63,531 bases of DNA from Rhynchobatus australiae (lineage: Eukaryota), in assembly GCA_034780895.1 (NCBI GenBank), contig JAUZTB010000073.1, positions 18,296,314 to 18,359,844 on the forward strand, read 5' to 3'. The notes under the pieces are model-generated. The model saw only the letters and a program-made list of their open reading frames with translations. It was not told the origin of the DNA and searched no databases. Positions 36,590 through 50,679 of the stretch are shown here, piece by piece. The position numbers were made by a program, and so were the translations under genes. Every line of letters begins with the position of its first letter. The first letter of the stretch is position 1.

Positions 36590-36830
36590 ACCAAGAGGAG
36601 GAGAAGTTCTTTTGCTCAGATGGTTTTGAATCTGTGGAAGTCTCTACCCATGAAGAAAGTGGATGCTCAGATGTTGAGTATATTCAAGATTGAGAAGGAT
36701 AGATTTTTGGGCACTAAGAAAATCAAACAAAATGGGAATAGAGCAGGAGAATAAAGCTGAGAAAAAAGATCAGCTCTGATCTCATTGAATGGTGGAGTAA
36801 GTGTGGGGCACTTGTGGCCCATGTCTGCTT
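36590..36830 (+). mobile_element. CR1 LINE 3' end
   Basis: ORF 36572..36754 RRSSFAQMVLNLWKSLPMKKVDAQMLSIFKIEKDRFL. Confidence 0.8.
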
Positions 36831-37914
36831 CCATTTTAAGCTACTTATTATGCAAAATGCCTGCTTTTCTTCTCCACTGACATCCACAGAAGGAAAGGTG
36901 GTGTGGGCCACATAATTAGCAGTTAATTTGCCACTGTCCATTTTCCACCCCTGCTCAGAGTTTAAACAACCCAGTCCATTATATGTGAAGGAAGCTAAGT
37001 TTAAATTGGCACAGGATAACTAAATGACAATATATTATGGTAAAATAATTAACTTAATTTAATTGGATCAGTGTCTGATTGGAGGTTAGACTGATAATGA
37101 TGGTTATGAGGTTATTAATAACTCTAAGAGACATAATGGTTCCAGGGGTGTTCTGGGAGAGCAAGGTTCCCTGGAGGACAAGAGTCTGAAGTGTCAGATG
37201 GAAGAATGAATGAATGTTCCAAACCCTTGATTCACTACCATATTTTTGTGACAAATATTAATTCCATCTTTCTGTTGTGGACAGGAGGGATGGGTGAGAA
37301 CAAGTATGACAGTAAGCTATGACAACACATTGGAAGATGAGCAGGCTATCTGGCCTTTTGAGCCTACTCTGCCATTCACTGAGATCATGGCTGAGCTATG
37401 AACTAACTCCACTATGTGGAATGATAGAAGAGGTTAGAAGACCTCTTTCATGTGTCCTGAAGTACTCAAATAAAAAAAAACTCTCTGCTTTTGTTAGACA
37501 GCTCATTTGATATTCCCAGCCAGAAAATGAACCTAATTACCAGAAAATCCACATTCATTGAAATCTGTTGAGTTGCATGTTCTAAGTTTGGAGATGGTTG
37601 ATGGTTAACCACGTCTCTGCTGGAAACACTGATTTTTAATAATCTATCCATGCAATATATTCCAGCTGCTGAAATTATTAGTGGGGCATTTGGATCAGCA
37701 AAGAGGCTAATGCTCGATTCTAAACTCCACCCAATCTGCAAAAGGCATCCTAGGAAATGAGCCTTTGATGGAAGTCTTCTTGGTGTCACTTATTTAAATT
37801 ATTTTTATTGTGCTAGAATTCTAGTACTTCCAGCATTTTCTGTTTCGATTTCAGGTTTCCAGCATCTGCAGTTTAATACTTTAATGTTCTGTTTGTTTGG
37901 TTAAAAGTAAGGTC

Positions 37915-39500
37915 CCCTATTTGTATAGTCCCCAGGACATCTCAAAGGGCTTCACAACCAATTAATTGTTTTTGAAGTGTAGCCATTTGTTTTATAATAT
38001 GGCAGACAATCTGCACACAGCAAGATCCTACAAGCAATAAAATAAAAGTCCAGACTATCTGAATATTTTTTAATAGTTAGATACCACCACGTTATGGGGG
38101 GGGGATTTTTGCTGTGAGATGTGAGGTTATTCATCCAATTCTATGGATCCTCCTTCTTCCAACAATCTCATTCATTTATGTAGCAGCGTTAGTCCAATAC
38201 GGCATCCAGTACTGATCCACTGCAACAAAGTCAGGCAAAAATTGATACCAAAGCCAAAGGAAAGAAGGTTGGGGCAAATGACCAAATGCTTGGTCTAGAA
38301 GGCAGGGGTTTTAAGGGGAGTGATTATGGAGATGAAGGAGAGAGTTAGAGAGGTCTAGCAGAGATATCCGAGAGTTTATGGCATGGACAACTGAGGCAAA
38401 GCCACCACTGATGAGGTGAAGAGGACAGCAATGCAGAACAGTCTAGAACTGAAGGAAAGCAGAGAAAAATAAATGTAGGACTTGCTGAATAAAATTATTT
38501 AGTAGAAAGAATTATATACTTTACAGAGTAGTCCCTGAGTAACTAAAAGGTGAGGAATGATGTAGGCTGCATGTTGTATCTGAAAGATTGACCAGAAAAT
38601 CTAGGCATTACTATGGGAGTTCTACAGTCTCAGAGCTGTCATCATCTGGAAGGGCAGGAGCTNNNNNNNNNNNNNNNNNNNNNNNNNNNNNNNNNNNNNN
38701 NNNNNNNNNNNNNNNNNNNNNNNNNNNNNNNNNNNNNNNNNNNNNNNNNNNNNNNNNNNNNNCTGTCATCATCTGGAAGGGCAGGAGCTTTATCTCTAGC
38801 ATACTATACAAATCCCCGAAACAAAACACATTACAAAACTGATTATCTGGTCATAATTACATAGGAGTTTGCGGAATCTTGCCATGCACATTTTTGCTGT
38901 TTTTCAATTGTGACGATACTTTTCAATTGCAACTGTGACGATACTTTACTCACAGTGGATGGTGCTATACAAATGCAAGGATTTTCTTTCCACTTCCCTG
39001 CTCAATCTCCCATATCCCTTCATTCTCCTTGAGATGTAAAATTCAGCACCTGTGATCCATCACCAGTTGTGCACCACACTGACTGGTTTTGATGGAAGGC
39101 TCAGTCAGGCAAAGTTGCCCATTGAAGTTGCCCCTTGTTGAACATGTTTAAGCCAGCTATCATGCTAGTGTCTTTCCAGCTATATACCTGAATTGGGGCA
39201 GAAGAAGTAGAGCAGGTTTGCTGCACTGTTGGTAGAATCTCTTTGAAACACTCAGTAGCTAATGTGTGCCACATGATGAGGTACAGGAGTAAGCATCCCC
39301 TTTACTTAAGAGATGTTGGTTGAAGGATAAATATTGGGCACTCTGTGAACACCACTGCTCTTCCTTGAAATGCCATGGAACTCCATACGCCCTTCTAAAA
39401 GTTGGTGCCTCTGATATTGTAGCCTTCCAGCAGTGCAGCCCTAGATTGGGGAATCAACACACAAACTCTGACTCAGATGCAAGAGTCCCATCAGGACTAA
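37915..39500. mobile_element. Cluster of Deu-SINE (37915-38080 -, 38790-38980 +, 39300-39500 -) and L2 (38220-38470 -) fragments
   Basis: Family motifs GCACACAGCAAGATCC, CAGATTATCTGGTCAT-like and GGATAAATATTGG. Confidence 0.5.
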
Positions 39501-40169
39501 ACCAGAGTTTCCTCCACCTGCCATTGTTCAATACCCTGATCCATTTTATGAAGTTAAACAGGAATAAACAGTAAAGATATTGCCTCAGTAGAGAAAGCCC
39601 CTAGTGTTCATTGGACGAGGCTGTGCCTTTAAATCCCTTGGATGTTTAGCCGCAGTGTTTTAGTCTGAGTACTAGGTGAGTGATGAGGAGCTAAATGGAG
39701 CCGTTAAAAGGATCAATTAACAGATTAGCATTTTGCAGAGAGTCAAACATTAATCAACTGCCGTATCCATTTATTTTTGCACAGAGGGTTTAGTGGAAAG
39801 TATAAAACAGGGCCACATTACAAAGAGTGAGCAGCTCTTGGAGAGGGAGTCACAGAAATTTTAAAAGTTTATTAATATGACAATTCACCCCAAAGAAACA
39901 TTTTGCGCCCTCATTAATTTTAAACCAAAGAAATAAGGTTAATGTAGAACAGCATTTTCTTGTTTCGAAATCACTAGAGACAGAACAAAGACGTAAGGAT
40001 GTCTATTTAAAGGGGAACACTCTTGTCTCCATGGGCCATGTGTCATAGAGTCTCCAAGCTGCATGTTGTTTAATTCCATATCCCCATTAATTTCCACATT
40101 GTGTATGTAAGGTAGCTGACACCAGCGTAAGTGCTTGAACATACAATTCAGACTGATGCAGCACCATGT

Positions 40170-40500
40170 AAGGAGTACATGCTCTCTGTCAATGATGCCA
40201 GCTTAAAGATCAGACATTAAGCTGAGGCACCATCTGCTTCCTCAGGTGGATGTGAAATATGCAATAGCATTTTTTTGAAGAGAAATAGAGAGTTCTCCCT
40301 GGTACCCTGGCCAATGTTTATCCTTTTACCAATATCCCTTTGCCATACTCTCATTGTTGTTTGTGGGAGCTTGCTGAGTACAGTTTCCCTGTCATGTCTC
40401 CTACATTGTAATAGGAACTACAGTTAAAAATACTTCACTGGCTTTAAAGCACTTTGGGGTGTCTGAGGTCATGAAAGATGTTGTCTAGATGCAGATTTGT
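40170..40500 (+). mobile_element. Deu-domain SINE
   Basis: CTCAGGTGGATGTGAAA...CCTGGCCAATGTTTATCC...GTTTGTGGGAGCTTGCTG...AAAGCACTTTGGGG. Confidence 0.7.
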
Positions 40501-41882
40501 TTAGGTCAGAAATTCTTCCTGGATGGAAGTGTGTCACCGGGCCACCTGCATGCTGATGTTTTTTCTCATTTCCACCTGCAGTCTTCCTCTGATCTGATTC
40601 ACCAAAGATGCAACAGTAGTAGGAGCAGTTTCCTTCCAAATCTCCAGCCAAGAAATTTGATTCAGGACAAATCAGTGAGTAAGAAATAATTACAGTAACT
40701 GGGTTACTGGGCTTACAAGCTGGTTTGATCACCGCTTCATCAACATTCTGGTGAGGACTTGGTCTTGGAATCAGATGGCTGACAAAACTGAGGAATCAAA
40801 GGCAGGTAGTAGATGCAGAATTTTCACTTAATTCCATCCATAAAGCAAGTTTAGCCATTTGCAAGGACTTGAACCCAGAATCTTCCGACTCAGAGGCAAG
40901 AATGCTGCAAACTGAGCCANNNNNNNNNNNNNNNNNNNNNNNNNNNNNNNNNNNNNNNNNNNNNNNNNNNNNNNNNNNNNNNNNNNNNNNNNNNNNNNNN
41001 NNNNNNNNNNNNNNNNNNNTTGAACCCAGAATCTTCTCCTCTACAATTCTTAAAGGTATGGAATGGATTGAGCTTAGATCTACCCTGGAAGTGTTGGGTG
41101 CTGATACTGAGAACAAAAAAGTGGCTTCACAGAGATTTTAGCAAAGTTTAAGTCTGTTTTTCAGTATTAATTCTTTTAATTTACACAACATTATTACCAA
41201 TCCCTAATTGCCGAGACCAGCATTAACCGAGTTGGTAAGAGACCGGAATCAGATAAAGGCCCGACTGTAGAAGGATGATGGATTTCCTTCCCTAAAGGAT
41301 ATTAGTGAATTTGATAGATTTTACAATAATACAGCGATGGTATGGTTACCACAGATGGATTTAAACTGGATTCAAATCTCAAATTGTCAGAATGAGACTT
41401 GAATCCTTGCATTATTAGTCTGGGCCACTATATTACTAATCTAAAAGTAGAATCACCATCTATGCCTTAATATTAAAACTGTGCAAATTTTTTAGGTCCC
41501 CCTCTTTTTCTAATCTACAGGCTTTTAAAACACAAGCTTGATTATCAGCTGGCTTCTATATTCTTCTTCTCTCATTTTTTTCTCTCACCCTTGGTTCCTC
41601 TTTACTAATAACTGAACATTTCCACCAAAACTGACCTTCCAAAGCAAGGAGTTGTCCACAACCAAATGTTGTAGAGTAGTACAGTCCAAGGTGTATGACC
41701 ATGTACTGAGGGACATGTTGAAGCTTGGTGAAGCCACTGCAAATGTTTCATGAGGAAAGGCTTAAGGATTAGAACCCTTGTATCATTGCAATCCAAAGGG
41801 CTGGCACCTCCATATCATATTACTTGTGGAATGTATGTGAATGAAACAGTGATTCAGGCTAATCAGGGACACACATTCTTGT

Positions 41883-42041
41883 ACAACACGCAAAACGCTG
41901 GAGGAACTCAGCAGATCAGGCAGCATCTACGGAGGGAAATGGACAGTCAACATTTCAGGTCAAGACCCTTCATCTGGAACAAACTGACTCGCTGAGTTCC
42001 TCTGGCATTTTGTGTTCAGCATCTGCAGTCTCTTGTGTCTC
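41883..42041. mobile_element. Penelope-derived fold-back insertion with TSD and decayed hammerhead core (- strand, ~41947-41977)
   Basis: Arms CAAAACGCTGGAGGAACTCAGC / GCTGAGTTCCTCTGGCATTTTG. Flanked by CACACATTCTTGT (41870-41882) and CACACATATTCTTGT (42042-42056). Confidence 0.8.
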
Positions 42042-42199
42042 CACACATATTCTTGTGGTGTTTTTAACCCAAAAATATCTGTATACAATTTCCAAAATAC
42101 TATATAGTCATATGTCAATATTCACAATACAAGACAAGATTTATATTTTATTATTAGGACATTGATGGTTCTTTTATGGTCCTGTTAAAGGGAATGATC

Positions 42200-42925
42200 C
42201 ACTGCAATGTGACCTGGCCCATTCTCATCAACAATGAGGGCAGGTGGAACATCAACACATAGTGACACTTGGTGTTTGCATACCCAGAGTATAGGAACAG
42301 CTTCATGCAGCCACACAAAAATGTAGCCATGCTGAGAACATGGAGACATGATCTACAAATTTCCAGGGAGAGGGGGAGAAGTGCACCCAATGTATCTCTC
42401 ATTCTTAATCGCCAGATGAAGTGTAAGAGAGCCCAGGTGACTGTAGCTATGCAGGAGCTGGGTAAAGCCCCCACATATGACACACGCAGCAGCACTGAGT
42501 ACACTTCCCACTCGATGACCAGGTTCATCCCCACAATTGAGAGTGATGCTCCCAAAACCCCAGTTTCAGTTTCACCTTGATTAATAGGCTCCACCCGGTT
42601 CTTAGTGCACACCCCGGCTCCTGCGAACTATATTCCCAGCATTTTCAGGTAATCTGACCAGACAGCGAAGGGAATAAAGGATCAGTCAGACCAGTTACCT
42701 AAGACCATGGCCTTGCTTTTGCTGAATTCCTCTCTAGCCCTGGAGGCCAGTTCAAACTGGTTGCAGATGCTCATCAATCTGCAGACCAGCAGTGGATCTG
42801 AGCTGAAGAGGGTGATGTCATCCACATACTGGGAGGCTTTGACCTGAGGGCATCCACTGCCTGGGATCACCACCCCTCCCATACCACACCCTTCCTAATG
42901 TATTCAGCAAAAGGCAATACAACAG
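42200..42925 (-). mobile_element. Tx1/L1-clade LINE RT fragment
   Basis: ORF 42682..42882 QVKASQYVDDITLF...FELAS...SKSKAMVLGNW (YxDD motif). The adjacent ORF contains ALLHFIW. Confidence 0.75.
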
Positions 42926-43634
42926 ATAAATGAGATAGACCCGCATCCTTGTTAAATCGATCAGAAGGTACTTACTGCTTTAAACCAGCAGGTGGCAATT
43001 GGGAACACAGAACTACACACCAGTGAGTACTCATCCACCAAGAGAAGTTTGCTTCCCCTCCAGGTTAAATGTATGGGGGCGGGGGGTATAAAGTCATAGG
43101 GCCAAAAAAAATGGATGTTCATTTTAATGAGAAAAATTATTTATTAGTTATTGGGGGCAAGGAAGAAAAATGAATTGGATGAGGAAGAGACTGCTTTATT
43201 ATTGCCCCTGGGAAGATGGGGAGCCACAGGCATGGACAAAGAGTGAGAATGTGAGGGCAGGGCAATGAAAGGTCACATGATGATACCTAACATCTGACCA
43301 AAGTTGTCAACCAGACATCACTTTCCTTTCAGCAATTCAGCAATACTGATTCCACAAAGGAAATTGGAACCAGAGTGGACAGATCACAGTTTGCATCAGG
43401 CTCAGTCACTGGTGCGGAACTGGAATTTCTCCCGGACCCTCCATAGACATAGGTGGCTGGCTTGTGGGAAGTTCCATGCAAAGTAGTGTGCATTGGGTAA
43501 AAGGTGGAACACTAGTGGAAGGCAAGTGAATTCAAGTCCCAGGGGGACCAGGAACACAGTCTTGTTGTCAAGCATCGGCACTGATCTCCCACAGCTTTAT
43601 CAAGAAATTAAATCTCCATCCAATTTTAGTTGAA

Positions 43635-43885
43635 ATTAATAAAACAGGAAATAATGGAACCACTCAGCAGGTTACGAAACATATGTGGAGAGAGAAACAG
43701 TTAAGGTTTCAGGTCAATGACTTTGCGTTAGAAGTAGGAAAAGTTAAAAATTAAACATATTTTAAGTTACAATGAAGGAACTTGGTCAGGAGAACAAGTG
43801 GAATGCGTGTGCTAGAATAAAGACTAAGTTTTTGTTCAACGTTGAGTCCTGAGGGCAGGTGGAAGATAAGATGCTGCGTTCAATT
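43635..43885 (-). mobile_element. Old Penelope-like fragment
   Basis: CACTCAGCAGG...GTGGAGAGAGAAACAGTTAAGGTTTCAGGTCAATGAC and TGTTCAACGTTGAGTCCTGAGGG. Confidence 0.6.
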
Positions 43886-44049
43886 GAGATTGCCATCATC
43901 CCAGTTCTACAATGGGACAAATATCACTTGGGATGGACACAGTGATTAGAATGAGGAACTCAGTGCCTCAGGAACAGGCTGAGGTGAACAGAATTACTGT
44001 ATTTAAGAGGAAACTGAATGAATACATGAGAACAAAAGGAATAAAGTGT

Positions 44050-44620
44050 ATCAGAAATCAAGAAACCAATAGTACAGATGGCCACTCAGCCCATCACGTC
44101 TGATGGAGCTGTTATGCCTTTTCCTATTCCCCTACATTGGACTGTAATACTGTCAGTTCCAGTCCAACTTCATTTCAGATGCTTATAAAGAAATTCCAAT
44201 TCTTTTAAAAGAATCCNNNNNNNNNNNNNNNNNNNNNNNNNNNNNNNNNNNNNNNNNNGATAATTTGTAATGAATTTTAATAATCATTTACATATAGATC
44301 TGAGTGTTCATCTACAGACCTGCAAACTGTTTCTACCAACTTTTCTGTTGGAACGTTCCAATCTTAACAACTGGCCAAGTAAAAATATTTCTCCTAATCA
44401 CTGCTCCAATAATTTTAGTTTCCTGATCTTTGCTTATTGATCCACTCACTTGGTGGAACATCCATCCATTGAAATCTCTCATCATCTTGAAATCCTCTAC
44501 TAAGCCATCTCTTAACCTTCTACATATGATGGAGAATAGTTCTAACCTTACAAATCTCTGCTCGTCATTTAACTTTCTCATCACTTGTAACTTTCTTGTA
44601 AATCTGTACCAAAACTGCAT
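44050..44620 (-). mobile_element. Old CR1 LINE 3' fragment, interrupted at 44193-44335
   Basis: ORF 44333..44731 RLELFSIICRRLRDGLVEDFKMMRDF resembles the CR1 motif LGLFSLExRRLRGDLIEVFK. Confidence 0.75.
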
Positions 44621-45429
44621 CCTTTCTAAAGCAATGCCGATAGGATGGAAAGAAACAAGGTGGGAAGAGGCATGTGAATAAAACACCAGTGCAGACCACT
44701 TGAGCCGAATGGCCTGCTTTACGAGTTGCAAAGGTGAGACGAGACCTGGACAGCATCCAGATTCTCATTGAATTCTCACGATCCTAACCATCTTCCCTGG
44801 CCTTTAGTGGGGTTTGTTGGCACAAAAAAAAACTCATTTTGGTTTTTGGATCGGCTTTGGGAAGATACTTGCCAGAAGAATGGGCTTTAAGGTAGCCAAT
44901 GGCTGCCAATGAAGGTGGTAGAAATGGGAAAAAGTATCACTGGTTTCAACATATCCTTTTACCTCTGAACATTTGTCACACCTGATCTCTACCAGTAGTG
45001 GTTTTGTGCCAGTTATTTAATTTGTTTGAAGAGAGAGTTTCTATTCCATTTAAATCGAACAGATTGATAATTATTTGAAGGTGGGTGATGACATTTCTGC
45101 ATTTTGTATTTTCCATTTTTTTGTAGATTTTGCAGCATTGCATCAGAACTTGCTTTATTTCAAAATGGACAGAAATCTTATTTCCACTGCCCCTCCTCCC
45201 CACTCTGATCAGTCAATTGATGTCAATTAAGATGATTAGCACTCAGTCCTTTAAATTGACTTTAATGAATTAAAAGATAATGAGGTGAGGGGAGCTGATT
45301 CCAATTCTTTTAAAAGAATCCCGTGTTAAGATAATTTGTAATGAATTTTAATAATCATTTACATATAGATCTGAGTGTTCATCTACAGACCTGCAAACTG
45401 TTTCTATAACAGATATAAAACAAAAAGAA

Positions 45430-45815
45430 ATGATTGCATTTATATGACAACTTACACAACCTCGGCACATTTTGCAGCCAATGAAGTACTTTGATGTGCA
45501 ACACTGCTGAACTGCAAGAAACACGTCAGCCAGTTTGCACAATGCAATGTCTCATGAAAAGCACTGTATTAATGATCATGAGGAATTTTAGTTGAAGAAT
45601 GTATTGAACTGGGACACCAGAGATAACCTCCCTTCTCTTCTTCAAAGCTGTACTGGAGGATTTTTTTTCCCATTTAAATAGAATAGATAAGGACTTCAGA
45701 TTAACACTTTATCTCAAGGAGAGCACCTCTGACATTCAGTCCTCCCTCAGTCTTCCCTCACAGAATGTTAACCTGGGTTTTAACCTTAAGTCTCTTTAGT
45801 GGGACTTGAATCTCC
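45430..45815 (-). mobile_element. Deu-domain SINE
   Basis: TTGCATTTATATGACA...CAGCCAATGAAGTACTTTGA...CACCTCTGACA...GTGGGACTTGAATC. Confidence 0.7.
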
Positions 45816-47019
45816 TGACCCATCACCCACCACCACAGCCAACACCTGTGCACTGCCCATTCAATTTGTTGTTCTCTCTTCCTGGCATGTAGCCCATGCA
45901 ATGTCCAAACTCTAGTAGGATTCTCCTGATCCAGGCTACCTATCCTGGCCCCCTGTACGTGTTTGTTGGCACAAGGAAATCCATTTGGATAAGGACAAGA
46001 CATCTTTCTGATAGGCTTTGAGAAAGAGAGGTGTCAGAAGAATGGGCATGTTAGATGGACAATGAGGGTGGTAGATTTGGAGGTGATCAACAGTTTCAAA
46101 AGGAAATTAAATGGGCACATGAGGGAAATAAACATACAGGGCTACAGAGACAGAGTGAGAAGATATAGGTCAGAGTGGATTGCTGTATCAAAAGCAGGCA
46201 TGAACCATATGGGCTAAAGGCCTCCTGTGTTGCAATGATGGTATGAATCTGAGGTGACTACTCTGAAGGAAGAGTAAAGAAGAGAGAGAGAGCACGAGAG
46301 GGTAAATAACCCTCTGGTACCTCACCTGAGAGGCTATTCATCTTTTGTGAGACCTGGTCAATTAAGGATCATTACGGTCAAGGTCAATCCTAATCTGACC
46401 CAGTGTCCACAATCTATACCAACTATGCACTTGCACTGGAAATCCTGGTTTGTTATCCTCCTTTTCTCCTCAACTTTCTCTGAGTTGGAACCATTCTGTT
46501 ACACTGCCTAATATAGCTTACCCACAATGCCATTCTTAAACCTGTCCCTGACAACTCAGTTGCAGATAATGAAGTTGATACTGGATTTGTGATGTGTGCC
46601 ACAAATCACTAACATCAGTGAATTAGGACCTGTGGAGTGTTCTGTGTTACCCACTTTGCTACACGATCAGTGATTGGAAACATTACACAGGAGCCAGCCC
46701 CGTGACTTGCAACTATAACCAGGAACAAATGAAATCTGGTTGCATTAAATATCAAAGGAAAGCAACCAAGGGAGAGCACTCAGGCTGGTCTCATTTGGCA
46801 CGCTGTTCTCAGCTCAATTTTTATTCAGTCTGAAATGAACGGCTGAGCAAATCAATGGGACCTGTTTTCAAGTCAAACCATCAGGGGATCTTGAGGTAGT
46901 TTAGGTGTTAGACCATCTGGGACATTAGAAGTCAGATCATCTTGAACTGGGACCTGGAGTTTAAATATGATCTGAATTATTGGGCAGAAGCCTTCCTTCC
47001 TTGTTAGCTGTGAAAGTCA

Positions 47020-47510
47020 TCTGTTGCATAGAACAAAAACAGCCCATTCATCCCAACTGGTCTGCACTGGAGTTGTTTCCCCACATAGGTCTCTTCCAGT
47101 TTCTTCTGCTTTATCTCAGTCATTCATCATAACTTACTGTCCTTTTTCCTTCATGTAATTTTCCTGTCTCTTTTTAGAAATCTTCTAATCTATTTGTTTC
47201 ACTCACTTCCTAGGCTAACCAATTTTGACATTCTCAGGAAAGGAATTTCTCATATTTCCCAATTGGATTTATAACTATCTGGCATTGATGACCACTAGGA
47301 TTGGACTCTCCAATTTGCAGAAACATGCCATGTCCACCTTGTCCAACGCACACATAGTTTCAAAGGACACCATCAGGTTTCTTCCAAGGCTTCTTCGTCC
47401 TAAAGATATAGCTTCAATCTATTCAGTCTTTCCCATTATCTGTAACACTCTTGGTTCTGATAGCATCCTTGTAAATGTTACTTTGCACTTTCTCAGGTGC
47501 TTCATTAGTA
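47020..47510 (-). mobile_element. Old CR1 LINE 3' fragment
   Basis: CATAGAAC...CCCATTCATCCCAAC tail and homology to the other copies. Confidence 0.5.
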
Positions 47511-48634
47511 GAGAGGCTGGGCCTTGAAGTTCTTTAATGTAACTTGATCTTTTGTCCTCAATGTCAGCAGTTCCCAGTGTGGGAAGAATGAATACCCACC
47601 CACCCACCCCCACCCCCACTGCATGAGCCAAAAGTTACAGGGGTACATAATGCATCAATAATTTTAAGGTAATTTGATTCAAAAGTTCAAAATATGAAAA
47701 TAAATGAAAAAAGTGGTTCACAAGGATGCTAAAGACCTTTACAATTTTCACTTATGTTTATTACTTTTCAATTCGACTGCTCCCAGAAATAAATCCTAAT
47801 TCTTTGTTGGCAATTTTAATTGTTTCACTAACTTTTGATAATTTCCCTACCTGTTTCCCTTGACCCCTTTTGCTCTCTCACCCCCCAAATAGTTTCTTAT
47901 TTTCCACAGTGCAGCTAGAAGCTTTGTCTTCCAAACCTACGTGACAAAGTGATTCGAGCATGGGCAATCTCAATCGGATTTCAGCTGGGCAAGGGCCATA
48001 CTGCAGCAAGATATCTTCTACTCCTTGACCATCCTAACAATCTCTTTCAGAGAAGTCCAAGGATGGAAATAGAGAAATCTCCTACATGCTGTTGGAGATG
48101 CTCTCCTGAGAATGGGTTTCAGATATATTCATAGAGAAAGGTGACAAAGGAACTTAAACTCTCCTGTACTTGTGCAGGGAGTGCCTGAAGCTGACAGCCA
48201 ACCTGGAAAATGCTCAGTTCCTCAGTCTTGAGAATGTGGGAAGAGTAAAAAAATGGAATTAACATAGGATCAAATTGGTCATTAATGGTCAGCATGAACT
48301 CAGTGAGCTGATGGGCCTTTTTCTATGCTGTATTTCTCTGTGACTCTATGATTCACTTCTACCCCAAATGAATACAAATCATTTGTAAAAGAAATGTATT
48401 TGCAATCAAGAAACAGTGCCTGTTACAATACCTTCTTAACTTCCAGAATGTAATTGTTATACCCTTTTTTTATCACCCCTGACACTCATCATTGTGTACT
48501 CACACAACAGATAAAGACGAGGAAGGTCATTTGATCCATCAAATCCAAGTGAAGGGCCCAGAGTTCCCTTCCTCTGCCCCATTTCCTTAACAACAAATGA
48601 TTTGAGAAATTATTGCATTTTTTACCAATTCAAA

Positions 48635-48765
48635 GGCAAAATTCTGCAGATACTGGAAATCTGTAATATAAACTGAAAGGGCTGAAAAAGCTCAGTGGGT
48701 CAGGTTGCATCAGTGGAAAGAGATAACATTTCAACCCCATGACCCATCAGGAGGAACTTTAACTC
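48635..48765 (-). mobile_element. Old Penelope pseudo-LTR fragment
   Basis: CTGCAGATACTGGAAATCTG...CTCAGTGGGTCAGGTTGCATCAGTGGAAAGAG. Confidence 0.6.
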
Positions 48766-50679
48766 CACTGGTCTCCCTGGGTCCATTCGAAGTGTGGATC
48801 ACTCTAGGTGAGAAATTCCTCCTGCTAACACTCCCAGATGTGATTTTTGATAATCATCTGCCCCTGTTCACCTCAGATAGAACTATTTAAATCTTCCAGT
48901 TTTTCCATTGCTGTACCTATTACTGTATTTTCTATTTGTGCTGGGCAAAACCTTTACAGGTTAATAAATCAAAGTTCGTTTCAACTTTCCGTAAACCTGC
49001 ATTCCTGACTAGCTCCTCTGCATAAATTCTCATCCACATTTCCTACCAACCAAAAGTACTTCATTGATTGTAAAGCAATTTGGATCAGCCTAAGGATTTG
49101 AAAGGTGCTACATAAATACAATTCTTCCACAGGTCTGACAATATAGATCAACATTCGATTTGTTTTGAATAAAATTTTCTTTGTTACACACCTCACGCTT
49201 AGCAAAGCTCTGTCAGTTGTAACTCTCTTTACTATTCCCCTGGTTTATATATTAACCCTTCGAAGCTACTGCAAGGTTTCTTATAATTCCAGCATACCCA
49301 AATGGTCCTGTGTGAGCTTGTTTTGATTTCTATTCATTTTGATTGTTTCTTCGCTGGCTTTTCTGGTTCTTGTTCCAACACCAGATTGGCTTTGAAACAC
49401 TGCATTCAAACTCATAAAAACCTGAGACAAATAGCCATGAAACTCCACCCTGTCAGCTGGAGCAGAGTTGTCACATTTGGGCCTCTGGTCCAAGGAGGAG
49501 GGAAGATATTAGCCATGGTCTTATGATGTTAATCAGAATAGAGTGCTGAGAAGTCAGCCATCAAGGTTCACATTTGTTGGCCCTGGCTATCGTTATTTAC
49601 TTGTTAACCTCAATCCCTCATTCTTTCTTGATATCCCTTCAATGCCATTTTATCTCACCATCATTACTATTTGTCTCCTTTATCAAGACCACAGTTGATT
49701 CTGTGTCAATGGGCTAGTTTTCCATATTCTTACAACCCTTAGGACAAACAAATGTTTCCTAAATTTGAATTTAACCGGCTTAGCTTAAATTCCAAATCCT
49801 CAAATCTAGATTCCTATGTTCAGGGAGAATGTCTGTTTTTTGTCCAGACTATCAGTTCCCTCAATTGTTTTAACATGATGCCAACTGAAGACACAATATC
49901 AAGCAAAGTTTTGGAGGTGGGGTGGGTGCACACCTGGGCTCACCCATTGTATGGCCAAAATGCAATCTACTAGAAAGCAGAGTCTATTTAAAGTGGGAAG
50001 GAAACAGAACTTTAGAAGCCATAGCAACTTCTATAAATAAAACTAGGGTAATTTCTCCAGTGAGATACTGTGAATGGAGGATAGTTGCATACAGATCTCA
50101 TCCTCAAAGTCAATCTCTGTCACCGAAGCATTGTGGTTACCAGACTTGATTGGCAGGGGCTCCACTATGGCTGGGAATAATGTCATCATGATAAGCAACA
50201 ATTCAGAAGGTCTCTCAGTCAGACAACCCTGTGTTCACTGCATAGCATCCTGATTTGCCAAGTGCTACATTTCCATTCTTTCTGGGGATGCAGCCATCAC
50301 TGGCAAAGCTAATGTTTATTGGCCAACACTGTTGGATCGAGAAGGTAGTGCTGGGCCATTTAGTGGTCTTAATGCCATTTAGAGCAGTTGAGGGTCAGGC
50401 ATTTTAGTGTTAGTATAAGAAAGAAAGATTTATAAATACCTAGCACCTAGAAAGGTTAATTGCACTCACAGACTTCTCTTAAATAAGAAAAGGAATTTGC
50501 ATTTCTATAGCTCCTTTCATGGCTAAAGCACTCTACATCAATGAAGTATTTCTGAAGCAGAAAAAGGGAGGCAAGAACAAAAGTGAAAGTCTATTATTTG
50601 CTAGTAGATGAAGTGACATTCTAGCCTCTCTCTCAAGCCTCATTTTCTCTAAATCCTTCCTTCTACATCACAGAACTTC

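Noticed and set aside
38900-38948. Short tandem duplication TTTTCAATTG/TGTGACGATACTTT
   Set aside because: Local slippage inside a SINE fragment.
46892-46913. let-7-like start TGAGGTAGTTTAGG
   Set aside because: Only the first 9 nt match and there is no complementary 3p arm downstream; most likely chance.
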